Below, piece after piece: positions 20,506 to 30,484 of a DNA stretch of 64,000 bases. How positions within the stretch are numbered: position 1 is the stretch's first letter; each line of letters begins with the position of its first letter. This DNA is from Saccharofermentans sp. (GTDB lineage Bacteria > Bacillota > Clostridia > Saccharofermentanales > Saccharofermentanaceae), in NCBI GenBank assembly GCA_016288885.1, contig JAEFAV010000005.1, positions 81,691 to 145,690 on the forward strand, written 5' to 3'. The notes below the pieces were generated by a model, which had not been told where the DNA came from, made no database searches, and saw nothing but the letters and a program-made list of their open reading frames with translations. Both the position numbers and the translations under genes were made by a program.

Positions 20506-21264
20506 TTATCTTCCGGGCTTCGGCGTCCCTTTGGGCTGAGCCGATTTACGAACTTCGGAATTACCCTGATTCCTGTAGTTCTTTGACCCTGAGCCTGACG
20601 AATGGCTCTTAGTATTCTTTTTTCTGGCAGGGATCGAACCGAACAGCTTAAAAGACTTGTCCTTAAGATCCTTAAGCCAGTTCATCTGTTCGTTCCTTAA
20701 TGTTTCTTTGAAATTCCTGGTATCAAGCGTTTGCTTGAATTCGGTACATAACGAGACTCGAAGCAGTTCATCAGGAATGCCCAAAGTAAGATCAAAAGGC
20801 TTTCCGAATGAATCCTTTACCTCGAGCTGCAAAGATTCACATACCTTCCTGCAGTTCTCCTCATATTGCTCTACTCCGCACTTAATGCCGAGTTGTGTCA
20901 TGAGGCCTGTAAAATTCAGCGTGATATAAGGAAGATTGCTCGAAAAGATCAGATGAAGACAGATTAGCTTCATGTAAGATTCAAGGCAGATGCATTCCTG
21001 ATCGCAGATCAGCGTAAATTCGCCTTCGGTGGTCATTTTCGAGATATCGGCTTTCTCATTTTCAAAGCCGTTTGCCCACAAGAAATAGAGTTCTCTGTAA
21101 ACTTCCTTCTTAAATGATTCAAAATCGCGGGTCAAAGGCTCTGCAAGAACCTTATTACCGAGATTAAAAACATATTGCATATATGAAACTTCAAGATAAC
21201 TCGGAACCGAGAAATATTTGAAGTAAGCCGCTACATCACGGCTGTTGTATATGTATTTGCGCAA
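20506..21264 (-). CDS. Hypothetical protein with basic, low-complexity C-terminal tail
   Basis: 252-aa ORF, SD AGGAGA before TTG, co-oriented with the operon; no family recognised with confidence. Confidence 0.75.
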   Translation of the reverse strand: MRKYIYNSRDVAAYFKYFSVPSYLEVSYMQYVFNLGNKVLAEPLTRDFESFKKEVYRELYFLWANGFENEKADISKMTTEGEFTLICDQECICLESYMKLICLHLIFSSNLPYITLNFTGLMTQLGIKCGVEQYEENCRKVCESLQLEVKDSFGKPFDLTLGIPDELLRVSLCTEFKQTLDTRNFKETLRNEQMNWLKDLKDKSFKLFGSIPARKKNTKSHSSGSGSKNYRNQGNSEVRKSAQPKGTPKPGR

Positions 21265-21308
21265 AAGAATCTCCTGTCCTCATAGTTTCGCATAATAAAT
21301 CAGTATGG

Positions 21309-21317
21309 ATTATAGCA
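21309..21317 (-). promoter_or_regulatory. Extended -10 promoter element TGcTATAAT
   Basis: Perfect TGnTATAAT about 45 bp upstream of the 21264 start. Confidence 0.65.
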
Positions 21318-21389
21318 TAAATAAATTAATATGCTTATTAAATATAAAGAATCTATTTCGGGAGCAATCTATTATCAGAAATCACCTTT

Positions 21390-21577
21390 TTAACGCAAAT
21401 TTAGTATTTGCAAATTAAGGTTAAGATTTAAGCTGAATAATTAACCGGAATTCTTATTTTCAAAAATAGAGTTAAGAATAATACAAAAAATATAACCCAA
21501 ATCTCGAAAATCAATATTTGCGTTAAAAAAATGCAAAAAAAGTTAACCTAAATCTCTGTTTTTCGAAAAAAGGTTAA
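21390..21577. repeat. Array A: four 35-bp TTAAC-N25-GTTAA units, 16-bp spacers, 51-bp period
   Basis: Units at 21390, 21441, 21492 (ATAAC variant) and 21543. Confidence 0.9.
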
Positions 21578-21616
21578 AACTCCCGGCAGACTTCAAAAAT
21601 GCTGAAACCAAACAGC

Positions 21617-22501
21617 TTACGCAGCCCCTGCAATCGTACCGCCGCCGATTATGCCGACAGCTCCGAGGATGAGCACCAGAATGCCCAGACCAATACGGTA
21701 CCAGCCGAAAACAGTAAATGAATGCTTCCTGATGAAAGCCATAAGCCTGTTTATAATAAGAAGGCTGACGCCAAAAGCCGTTACCATTCCTACTGCAAGA
21801 AGACCGATCTCATGTCCTGTTACATCACCATCGTACTTAAGGACCTTAAGAAGACTTGCACCGAGCATTACGGGAATCGCAAGGAAGAACGTAAACTTGG
21901 CAGCCGCTTCCCTCTTGATGCCGATGGCAATGGAACCTACGATGGTTGATCCGGATCTTGAAGCACCCGGGAAAACGGCAGCAAAGAGCTGAAACAGTCC
22001 GATGGCAAGCGCATGACCCCAGTTAAGCTGGTTTACGGTCTTTACAACGGGGGTCCTGTCCTTCATGATGCGCTCTACAACGATGAAAGCCACACCGAAT
22101 ACTATCAGTGCTATTGCAACAACCACATAGTTATAAAGATGCTCATCAAGCCAGTCGTCAAAAAGAACGCCTACGATGGCTGCAGGAACACATGCAAGAG
22201 CAATCTTGAGCCACATGATGATCTTGTCTTTCATTATGTATCTGCCGATTCCTTCTTTTGCGAAAGGATGCTGATTGTTCTTGACTCCGAAAGGCCATAT
22301 ATCCTTCCAGAATATTACTATAACGGCCATGATAGCGCCTAACTGAATAACAACAAGGTAAAGATCATAGAACTCGGGTGATACGTTAAGCTTTAAGAAC
22401 TCATTAAGAATGATCATGTGTCCGGTAGAGCTTACCGGGAGCCATTCAGTAATACCTTCAACAATGCCGAATATCAATGCAACAAAATAATCCCAAATCA
22501 T
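21617..22501 (-). CDS. uppP: Undecaprenyl-diphosphatase UppP/BacA
   Basis: GIVEGITEWLPVSSTGH, IQLGA, PGASRSGSTI. Confidence 0.96.
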   Translation of the reverse strand: MIWDYFVALIFGIVEGITEWLPVSSTGHMIILNEFLKLNVSPEFYDLYLVVIQLGAIMAVIVIFWKDIWPFGVKNNQHPFAKEGIGRYIMKDKIIMWLKIALACVPAAIVGVLFDDWLDEHLYNYVVVAIALIVFGVAFIVVERIMKDRTPVVKTVNQLNWGHALAIGLFQLFAAVFPGASRSGSTIVGSIAIGIKREAAAKFTFFLAIPVMLGASLLKVLKYDGDVTGHEIGLLAVGMVTAFGVSLLIINRLMAFIRKHSFTVFGWYRIGLGILVLILGAVGIIGGGTIAGAA

Positions 22502-22534
22502 TTAACTAACTTCTCCTTTTATTAAACCCCACAA

Positions 22535-24217
22535 TCATAACACACTAATCATTCTGTTAAATGCACAAACTACGGCACGAACGGATGATTTTGTGACAGA
22601 GCTCGACACACCGGCTCCTATATAAGTCTGTTTATTGGCTTTGTTGGTTATCTCGATATATGTAATAGCCGCAGAATCAGAGCCTGATTTCATCGCGTGC
22701 TCTGAATAGTTGGATATCGAGAACTCTATGCCAGTATAAGCTGAAAATGCTCTGACGAACGCATCGAGAAGACCGTTACCCTGTCCTTTAATGGTAACTT
22801 CCTTACCGTTATCGGTTATCAGAGCCTCTACGGTGGATACCTGGTCACTGTCCTGCTGCTCCGAGAAGTTCTTTAAGCCGAAAGGCTCGAGAACATTGAT
22901 GAATTTATCATCGAAAAGATCAAATATCTGCTGAGGAAGAAGTTCATTTTCAATACCATTCTCCTCCGTGGCAGCCTTAACGACAGGCAGGAAGTCTCTC
23001 TGGAATCTCTTAGGCAGCTGAACTCCGAAATAAGTCTCCATAACATAGGCGATGCCGCCTCTTCCGGACTGGGAATTGATCCTGATGATAGGCTCATATT
23101 CCCTGCCGACATCTTTAGGATCGATTGGAAGATAAGGAACAGCCCAAATGCTATCGCCGCGCTCTTCCATCTTCTTTCTGCCTTTATTGATGGCATCCTG
23201 ATGCGACCCGGAAAAAGCCGTGAATACAAGCTTTCCTGCCCATGGGTGTCTTGGCTCGACCTTCATTCCGGTCAATTCCTCATAGACGTCTATGGTCTTA
23301 TTCATGTTCGAAAAATCGAGTCCCGGGTTAATGCCGAGCATCATCATGTTGATGGCAAGCGTAATGATATCAACATTACCGGTCCTTTCACCGTTCCCGA
23401 AAAGCGTACCCTCTACCCTGTCAGCACCGGCCATAAGGCCGAATTCTGAAGTGGCAACAGCCGTTCCCCTGTCATTATGAGTATGCAATGAGACGATTAT
23501 TGAATCTCTCCACTTTGTCTTTCTGCAGAAATACTCGATCTGATCCGCATAAACATTGGCTGTCTGATACTCTACTGTCTCAGGAAGATTAATGATCACC
23601 TTGTTATCAGGCGTAGGCTTCCAGCAATCGAGCACTGCATCACAGATCTTAACTGAGAAATCGAGTTCTGTATCGGAAAATGCTTCCGGAGAATATTCGA
23701 GAATAAACTTAGTACCACTCTTATCATCTTTTATCCTGTCGATGATCATTTTCGCACCGTCAACCGCGAGGCTGATACATTCATCACAGGAAAAATCAAA
23801 AACTACGTCCCTGTGAAGCGTGCTGGTCGCATTATAGAGGTGAATGATAACAGACGGAGCACCTTTTACGGCTTCCATCGTCTTATCGATAATATGCTCT
23901 CTTGACTGGGTTAAAACCTGGATAGCAACATCATCAGGGATAAGATCATTTTCGATCAGATGTCTGCAGAAATTATAATCAGTCTCTGATGCTGCAGGAA
24001 AACCGATCTCGATCTGTTTAAAACCGACAGAACAGAGATATTCGAAGAATTCGACTTTCTGTTCAAGAGTCATGGGGACTTCCAATGCCTGATTACCGTC
24101 TCTGAGATCAACAGAACACCAGATAGGTGCTTTTGTGATCTTCTGGCCCGGCCATTTACGGTCCGGCAGATCAACTGTCGGATGAGCCTTATATCTGCGG
24201 TAATTCATGTCAGCCAT
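22535..24217 (-). CDS. leuA: 2-isopropylmalate synthase (yeast/Mycobacterium type)
   Basis: WCSVDLRDGNQAL, EYSPE, HTHNDRG, GNGERTGN, FSGSHQDA, RINSQSG, GNG, YSEHA. Confidence 0.95.
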   Translation of the reverse strand: MADMNYRRYKAHPTVDLPDRKWPGQKITKAPIWCSVDLRDGNQALEVPMTLEQKVEFFEYLCSVGFKQIEIGFPAASETDYNFCRHLIENDLIPDDVAIQVLTQSREHIIDKTMEAVKGAPSVIIHLYNATSTLHRDVVFDFSCDECISLAVDGAKMIIDRIKDDKSGTKFILEYSPEAFSDTELDFSVKICDAVLDCWKPTPDNKVIINLPETVEYQTANVYADQIEYFCRKTKWRDSIIVSLHTHNDRGTAVATSEFGLMAGADRVEGTLFGNGERTGNVDIITLAINMMMLGINPGLDFSNMNKTIDVYEELTGMKVEPRHPWAGKLVFTAFSGSHQDAINKGRKKMEERGDSIWAVPYLPIDPKDVGREYEPIIRINSQSGRGGIAYVMETYFGVQLPKRFQRDFLPVVKAATEENGIENELLPQQIFDLFDDKFINVLEPFGLKNFSEQQDSDQVSTVEALITDNGKEVTIKGQGNGLLDAFVRAFSAYTGIEFSISNYSEHAMKSGSDSAAITYIEITNKANKQTYIGAGVSSSVTKSSVRAVVCAFNRMISVL

Positions 24218-24247
24218 AAACTTTCCTCCACCCTGAAGCTTATCAGC

Positions 24248-25741
24248 TTATTCCAATTCGTTTACAAGGTCCCTGAACATGTCTCCTCTATGTTCAAAGT
24301 GCCTGAAATGATCATATGACGTGCCTATCGAAGACATAATAACAATCTCTCCGGGTTTTGCCCACTCTCTAGCTTTATTTATTGCTTCCTTATAGGCATT
24401 AACGACATTATCCCTGGTTTCGGGGAACTCATAAACATCGCCTTCTTTATCGGGGATACGGTAAATTTCGTACTGTCTGCCATTTGCTTCCTTAGCAATG
24501 ACATCGGTAACAAAACCGGCATTTGAACCATATATGATTATCCTGTCACATACATTAAGTATCGCATCTCCCAAATTATCGTATTTGCACTTTTTATCAG
24601 CTCCGCCGCAGATGAGCACGCCTTTCTCATTTCTGGCAGCCAAAGCATTCATAGTATTAATGGAACGGTTTGGAGACGTATCGATAGAAGAGTTATACCA
24701 CTTTACTCCGTCAAGTTCCCTTATTAACTCGATCCTGTGCGGAACGCCTCTGAAGTTCCTGGCAACATATGCGATATCTTCCGGTTTTACGTAATCTATA
24801 ACAGCACATGAAGCAGCAAGGAAATTCTCAACATTATGAAGACCGGGAATGAATATCTCATTGATCCCGCAAATGTCGGAAACAATACCGTTTTCTTCAT
24901 AGACAAGCCTTCCGTCCTGGGTATAGGCTCTGGGATAAAGCGGCGAATCAGTTCTCATGACTTTTTCTTTATCTGCAGAGAACAGTTTTACCCTGCCCCT
25001 TGCGATGTCTTTCATATCATAAGTAATATCACAGCCGGCATTAAGAATGACTTTTCCTGCAGGTCCCTGATTTCTGAACGCATTGACCTTAGCCTGAATG
25101 TACTCATCATAACCTTTATGGAAATCCAAATGATTCTCAGTGACATTCGTGACTATAACAACATCAGCCGGAGTATGCATTCCGAGAAGCTGGAAAGAGG
25201 ATAATTCAAGAACGACTTTATCTTCAGGTCCGATCTCAGCGATCCTGTCAAGAAGAGGAGTTCCGATATTTCCCCCTAACCAAACTTTATAACCTGCTTT
25301 CTTCAATAATTCCGCAGTAAGCGTCGTCGTTGTTGTCTTTCCGTCTGAACCTGTTATCGCAAATATCTCAGCAGGACAAAGGTTCATGAATAATTCCATC
25401 TCAGTAGTAAGGATGGACCCCTTTTCCTTTAATGCCTGAAGTTCAGGTGTCTCAAAACGCATCTTAGGCGTTTTGAAAACGATGTCATAATGCTCATCTT
25501 TCAGAGCTGTCAGATAAGACTCACCCAAAGACCACTTTATATCATTAGAAATCTCCTTAAGCAGAGCAATGTTTTTGCTTAAAACGGGATCGTCTTCAGT
25601 CATCTTATCGCATGCTGTCACATCTGCTCCAAGTGAGACAAGCCACTTGATCAAGGGCGTATTGGATATTCCGATACCAATTACGGCAGCTTTCCTGCCT
25701 TTGATATATTTTTCGAAATCATCGAACTTATAGTTTCCCAT
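24248..25741 (-). CDS. murD: UDP-N-acetylmuramoyl-L-alanine--D-glutamate ligase
   Basis: ITGSDGKTTT, GGNIG, ELSSFQL, NHLDFH, HRIE. Confidence 0.93.
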   Translation of the reverse strand: MGNYKFDDFEKYIKGRKAAVIGIGISNTPLIKWLVSLGADVTACDKMTEDDPVLSKNIALLKEISNDIKWSLGESYLTALKDEHYDIVFKTPKMRFETPELQALKEKGSILTTEMELFMNLCPAEIFAITGSDGKTTTTTLTAELLKKAGYKVWLGGNIGTPLLDRIAEIGPEDKVVLELSSFQLLGMHTPADVVIVTNVTENHLDFHKGYDEYIQAKVNAFRNQGPAGKVILNAGCDITYDMKDIARGRVKLFSADKEKVMRTDSPLYPRAYTQDGRLVYEENGIVSDICGINEIFIPGLHNVENFLAASCAVIDYVKPEDIAYVARNFRGVPHRIELIRELDGVKWYNSSIDTSPNRSINTMNALAARNEKGVLICGGADKKCKYDNLGDAILNVCDRIIIYGSNAGFVTDVIAKEANGRQYEIYRIPDKEGDVYEFPETRDNVVNAYKEAINKAREWAKPGEIVIMSSIGTSYDHFRHFEHRGDMFRDLVNELE

Positions 25742-25749
25742 AGTTCCTC

Positions 25750-27471
25750 CTAACCTGAAATGTATGAAGCATATAATCTGCTGTAGAATCCGCCGTTAGC
25801 GATAAGCTCATCGTGTGTTCCTATCTCGGAGACCGTACCGTCATCAATGACCACTATCTTATCGCAATTGGTTATCTGCGAAAGCCTGTGAGCGATAATA
25901 ATGCTCGTACGGCCGTTTAGAAGCGCTCTGACGGCTTTCTGAATGCGGTCTTCGGTAACGACGTCAACAGAAGATGTAGCTTCATCAAGGATCATTATCG
26001 AAGGATCTGAAGCCATTGCTCTGGCAATTGTAAGCAGCTGCTTCTGGCCTTCGGATATATCATCCCTGTCATTGTCGATCATTTCATTATACCGCTTTGG
26101 AAGCTTTCTTATAAAAGAGTCACACCCGGATCTTCTGCAGGCATCATAAACCTGTTCATCTGTAATATGGGATCCCGAAAATCTGACGTTCTCCATTACC
26201 GTATCATCAGAAAGCCATGTATCCTGTGTAACGAACCCGATATAATGCCTTAATTCAGCTCTGGGAATATCTTTTATCGATCTTCCGTTGATAAAGATGT
26301 CTCCTGAATCCGGCTCATAATAGCGCATTAGAAGATTGATCAGTGTTGTCTTTCCACAGCCGGTCGGACCTGCTATGGCAAATGATTCGCCTTTTCCGAC
26401 GGTAAACGAGATATCCTTAAGAACGGGCTTTCCCTCAACATAGGAGAAGCATACGTTTCTGAATTCGATATCAAACTGCTTATTCTTATCAGGAAGATCT
26501 TCAACGGTATTTTCTTCAGGTATCTCTTCACTGTCCAGATATTCGAAAATCCTGTTAAGGCAGGCAAAACTGTCAGTAAGTTCGGTATATACGGCCGTCA
26601 GATCGTTAAAAGGTTTCATAAACTGGTTTGCATATGCCAGAAGCGATGTTAAGGCTCCAACGGTGATCGTTCCGCCAATTCCTGCAAAACAGCCTGTCAA
26701 AACAACTCCTGCATAGATCAGAGCATTTACGAATCTTGAAGAAGGATTGCTGATCGAAGATAAAAATGTTGCCTTTGTAGATGTCTTTCTGTATTCAGCG
26801 TTTATCTCATCAAAACCTTCGATCCTTCTGTCAGTGACATTATAGATCCTGCATTCCCTGAAATTCTTAACAGATTCACCTACAAATGCTGTCTGCTTTG
26901 ATCTGATACTTGCCTGAGAAGCAAATGATTTATATGCGCCTTTGGCGATCATGTAAGATACTGCGATCGATACAGGTGTAAAGATAACGACTATAAGTGA
27001 GATCTTCCAGTTAATGCAGAACATGACTGCAAGAGTTATAAGGATGGTTGCTATTCCCGAAGCAAACTGGTTAAGAAACATCAGCATACCGTCAGAAACG
27101 GTCTCCACATCGCTGATTATAAAGCTCTGGAGTTTTCCTGCAGACGTCTTGTCGATATAAGACATCCTGACCCTGTGCATTTTCGCATATGTTGCATTCC
27201 TTAAATTAAGTCCGATGGAATAAGCAACACGGTTATTCGTCTTTATCAGTGCATACTGAAGGAATGCCGCGACGACAATAAGAGAGACGATTATAAGGAT
27301 GTACCCGGTAAGAATTTTCATGTTCCCCAGGTTGTCTATGGCTCTTCCCGCGAAATAAGGAATCGCCACAGTGGCAGCGCCATAAAGGGTTCCGATAATG
27401 ACAGAAACAACTGCGATCGCAGACGATCCTTTAAGATAAGCGAACAGGCGCTTTAATGTCTTTAAGTTCAT
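25750..27471 (-). CDS. Heterodimeric ABC exporter subunit (TM288/LmrD-like, consensus Walker B and His switch)
   Basis: TMD plus GPTGCGKTT, ISEGQKQ, ILDEA, IAHR. Confidence 0.9.
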   Translation of the reverse strand: MNLKTLKRLFAYLKGSSAIAVVSVIIGTLYGAATVAIPYFAGRAIDNLGNMKILTGYILIIVSLIVVAAFLQYALIKTNNRVAYSIGLNLRNATYAKMHRVRMSYIDKTSAGKLQSFIISDVETVSDGMLMFLNQFASGIATILITLAVMFCINWKISLIVVIFTPVSIAVSYMIAKGAYKSFASQASIRSKQTAFVGESVKNFRECRIYNVTDRRIEGFDEINAEYRKTSTKATFLSSISNPSSRFVNALIYAGVVLTGCFAGIGGTITVGALTSLLAYANQFMKPFNDLTAVYTELTDSFACLNRIFEYLDSEEIPEENTVEDLPDKNKQFDIEFRNVCFSYVEGKPVLKDISFTVGKGESFAIAGPTGCGKTTLINLLMRYYEPDSGDIFINGRSIKDIPRAELRHYIGFVTQDTWLSDDTVMENVRFSGSHITDEQVYDACRRSGCDSFIRKLPKRYNEMIDNDRDDISEGQKQLLTIARAMASDPSIMILDEATSSVDVVTEDRIQKAVRALLNGRTSIIIAHRLSQITNCDKIVVIDDGTVSEIGTHDELIANGGFYSRLYASYISG

Positions 27472-29189
27472 GCGGCGCCTCCCTTTATCTGAAGAGAATT
27501 CATGTATCTGTAATGCTCTGATATCTTCAGGAGTTCCTCATGAGGAGCAACGGCTTCTATCTTACCGTCCTCCATAAGAATGATCCTGTCGCAGTTCATG
27601 CATGTCCTTACCTTCTGAGAGATAAGGATGACTGTGGGCTTTTCCTGTATCGAACCGATATTACCGAGAAGACGTTTTTCGGTTCCCCAGTCTAATGCTG
27701 AAGTGGAATCATCAAGAATTATTAGACCGGGTTTTCCGGCTAAAGCCCTTGCAATTCCAATTCTCTGTCTCTGTCCGCCCGAAAGACCTGCACCGCCGTC
27801 CGATATGACATAATCAATGCCTTCTTCTTTTGAAGCGACGACGTCATCACTGCAGGATAATCTGCATGCTTCGTTGATATCGTCATCAGATAAAGACGAT
27901 CTTCCCACCGTAATGTTATCTTTTAAAGATCCTTTAAAAAGTCTGGTCTTCTGAAGGCTCATTCCGACAGAAGAAGCGATGCTTGCAAGAGATATTTCTT
28001 TTATGTTGATACCGTCAAGCAGAATTTCACCCTGATCTGCATTATATATACCTGCAATAAGTGATGCTGCAGTTGATTTACCGCAGCCCGTACTGCCGAT
28101 TATGCCGATCGTCTCACCCGGTTTGATATCTACGGAGAAGTCTTTAACGGATTCCTCGTTATTTCCCTGATAAGTGAATGAGACGTTTTTCATAGATACA
28201 GCTATGGGCTTTGAAGCTGCCAGTTCCCTGGTTCCTTTGTTTGCCGTGCTGACTACATCCATGAGTCCTTCTGCCCTTTTGACACATGCATATGCCCTTG
28301 ATACGGAAACTATCAGGTTGGCAAGCTTAACGAGTTCTATAAGTATCTGAGACATGTAGTTATAAAGAGCAACTACCTGACCGTCAGACAGATCTCCGAT
28401 GTTAAAATGGACTGCGCCCCTGTATATCAGTAAACAGATGCCTAGATTGACAACTGCATATGTGAGCGGATTAAGCCACGTAGCAAAATCAGAAGCTTTG
28501 ATCTGAGCCTGTCTTAATGATCTGCTCTTTGTCTCGAACTGCTCATAATCACTCGAAGTCTTGTTAAAGCCTCTGATAACGCGCTCTCCGGCAATACCGT
28601 TCGAGGTTTTCTTTACAAGACTGTCCAGCCCTTCCCTTGCCTCTTTATGACGAAGGATCGAAAGCTTCATGTTAAGAGCAATGATGACGGCCATCAGAGC
28701 AGTACATAACACAAATATCAGTGCCATTGACGGCTTAACAACCGCAGCCATGATACATGCACCGACAACGATGAACGGAGATCTTAAAAGAAGTCTTAAA
28801 AACAGGTTAATTCCGGTCTGTATCTGGTTAACGTCTGAAGTTAGAAGCGTTACCATGCTTGATGAACCGATCTTCTCATAATCACTTATAGAAAGTGTCT
28901 GAAGCTTGTCATGCAGGCTCTTTCTTATGCCAGAAGAAATGCCGCATGCAGAATATGCCGCAAAGTATTGTGCTGTAATGGCACTCGCAAATCCCACAAC
29001 GGCAAATAAAACAAGGATCGGAACATGCGACCACACGTAATTCACGTCAGACTGCTTTATTCCGTAATCGATGACACCGGCAACTATCATCGGAACAGTC
29101 AATTCGAAGCATGCTTCAAGGAGCTTAAACACGGGGCTTAAGATCGAAGCAGCTTTGTATTTGCCGATATGATCGAAAAGAAGTTTCAT
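27468..29189 (-). CDS. Heterodimeric ABC exporter subunit (TM287/LmrC-like, degenerate Walker B and switch)
   Basis: TMD plus GSTGCGKST, LSGGQRQR, ILDDS, ISQK. Confidence 0.9.
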   Translation of the reverse strand: MKLLFDHIGKYKAASILSPVFKLLEACFELTVPMIVAGVIDYGIKQSDVNYVWSHVPILVLFAVVGFASAITAQYFAAYSACGISSGIRKSLHDKLQTLSISDYEKIGSSSMVTLLTSDVNQIQTGINLFLRLLLRSPFIVVGACIMAAVVKPSMALIFVLCTALMAVIIALNMKLSILRHKEAREGLDSLVKKTSNGIAGERVIRGFNKTSSDYEQFETKSRSLRQAQIKASDFATWLNPLTYAVVNLGICLLIYRGAVHFNIGDLSDGQVVALYNYMSQILIELVKLANLIVSVSRAYACVKRAEGLMDVVSTANKGTRELAASKPIAVSMKNVSFTYQGNNEESVKDFSVDIKPGETIGIIGSTGCGKSTAASLIAGIYNADQGEILLDGINIKEISLASIASSVGMSLQKTRLFKGSLKDNITVGRSSLSDDDINEACRLSCSDDVVASKEEGIDYVISDGGAGLSGGQRQRIGIARALAGKPGLIILDDSTSALDWGTEKRLLGNIGSIQEKPTVILISQKVRTCMNCDRIILMEDGKIEAVAPHEELLKISEHYRYMNSLQIKGGAA

Positions 29190-29191
29190 GA

Positions 29192-30460
29192 TTAGATATC
29201 AGACAGATCCTTCATAAGTTTATTAGTTTCTTTAATGACTTCGTCCAGATCGATAGTTGTATATTTTCCATCCTCATAAAGGATATTTCCGTCAATCATG
29301 GTCATCTTTACAACAGAATTGTCAGCGCTGTAGATGATGTTCCTTACGATGTTGTTTTCAGGCTGCATGGAAGGCTTATTCATGTCAATCATGATGATGT
29401 CTGCCTTCTTGCCAGTATCAAGAACATCCGAATCATTAAGGCCCATGCAAAGAGCGCCTCCGCTAGTTCCGGCTTTTAAGATCGTGAACGGATCGATCGC
29501 AGCAGCATTATTTGTTTCGACATTAGATAAAACAGTATCCAGATACATCTCACGGAACATGGACAATGCATTATTTGAACCTGCACCGTCAGTTCCGATA
29601 GCAATGTTCATGTCGTTTTCGATGAACTTATAAACAGGAGTTATACCGCTTGCAAGCTTGAGATTGGAACATGCATTGAATACGGACCACAAACCTCTAT
29701 TTTTGAAGATTTCCCTGTCTTCATCAGTAAACCATACGCAGTGGAATCCGCCGCCGCCAAAATCATATATTCCAAGTTTATCGAAGAGCACGGCAGGTGT
29801 AATACCGTATCTTTCCTTACAGCCTTCTACCTCAGCAGCAGTTTCAGATATATGCGTGAAAACCGGAGCTTCATACTTATGAGCGAGATCGGAAATGAAC
29901 TTAAGGTTATCCTCTTTCGTAGTATATTCAGCATGGAATCCGTAGATGAAAGACACGAGAGGATCATAATGATTGAGAGTATCGTAATATCCTTCGAGCT
30001 CTTCCAATCCGCCAAAATCATTTGCGGCACCGCAGAATATATGTCTGAATCCTGTCTCAACGGCTGCCTTTGCAGATGCTTCCTTATGGAAATACATATC
30101 AAAACAAGAAGTGATTCCGCCTGCAAGGTAGTCGGCATACGCCAACTTGGAAAACCAGTATACATGCTCAGGAATAAGCTTTTCTTCCCTTGGGAAGATC
30201 GCTTTGAAAAGCCAGTCGTTAAGACAATACTCATCTGCAAGTGATCTGGAGAAAGTCATCGCAGAATGCGTATGGGCATTCTTAAGACCGGGCATCAGAA
30301 GATTTCCTTTACAGTCGATCTCACGCTCAAAACTCTTTCCGGTATTATTGACTGAAGGTCCGATATAGCTGATGCGGTCATTATCGGTCCACAATTCTCC
30401 TTCGATGATCCTGTCATCTTTCATCGTGAGTATTCTGCAATTATAAAAACGAACAGACAT
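29192..30460 (-). CDS. Amidohydrolase, MTA/SAH deaminase (MtaD)-like
   Basis: NAHTH, HAEY, HISE, SNLKLASG, GTDG. Confidence 0.85.
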   Translation of the reverse strand: MSVRFYNCRILTMKDDRIIEGELWTDNDRISYIGPSVNNTGKSFEREIDCKGNLLMPGLKNAHTHSAMTFSRSLADEYCLNDWLFKAIFPREEKLIPEHVYWFSKLAYADYLAGGITSCFDMYFHKEASAKAAVETGFRHIFCGAANDFGGLEELEGYYDTLNHYDPLVSFIYGFHAEYTTKEDNLKFISDLAHKYEAPVFTHISETAAEVEGCKERYGITPAVLFDKLGIYDFGGGGFHCVWFTDEDREIFKNRGLWSVFNACSNLKLASGITPVYKFIENDMNIAIGTDGAGSNNALSMFREMYLDTVLSNVETNNAAAIDPFTILKAGTSGGALCMGLNDSDVLDTGKKADIIMIDMNKPSMQPENNIVRNIIYSADNSVVKMTMIDGNILYEDGKYTTIDLDEVIKETNKLMKDLSDI

Positions 30461-30484
30461 AATGATTATCCTTTCTATTCATGA

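Noticed and set aside
21390-21577. CRISPR interpretation of the 35-bp/16-bp arrays (also 53719-53906)
   Set aside because: Repeats differ internally, the 16-bp spacers are too short and resemble each other, and there are no cas genes in the window
25750-29189. Degenerate Walker B/switch motifs in the ABC pair as a sign of pseudogenisation
   Set aside because: This is the normal asymmetric nucleotide-binding site of TM287/288-type heterodimeric exporters
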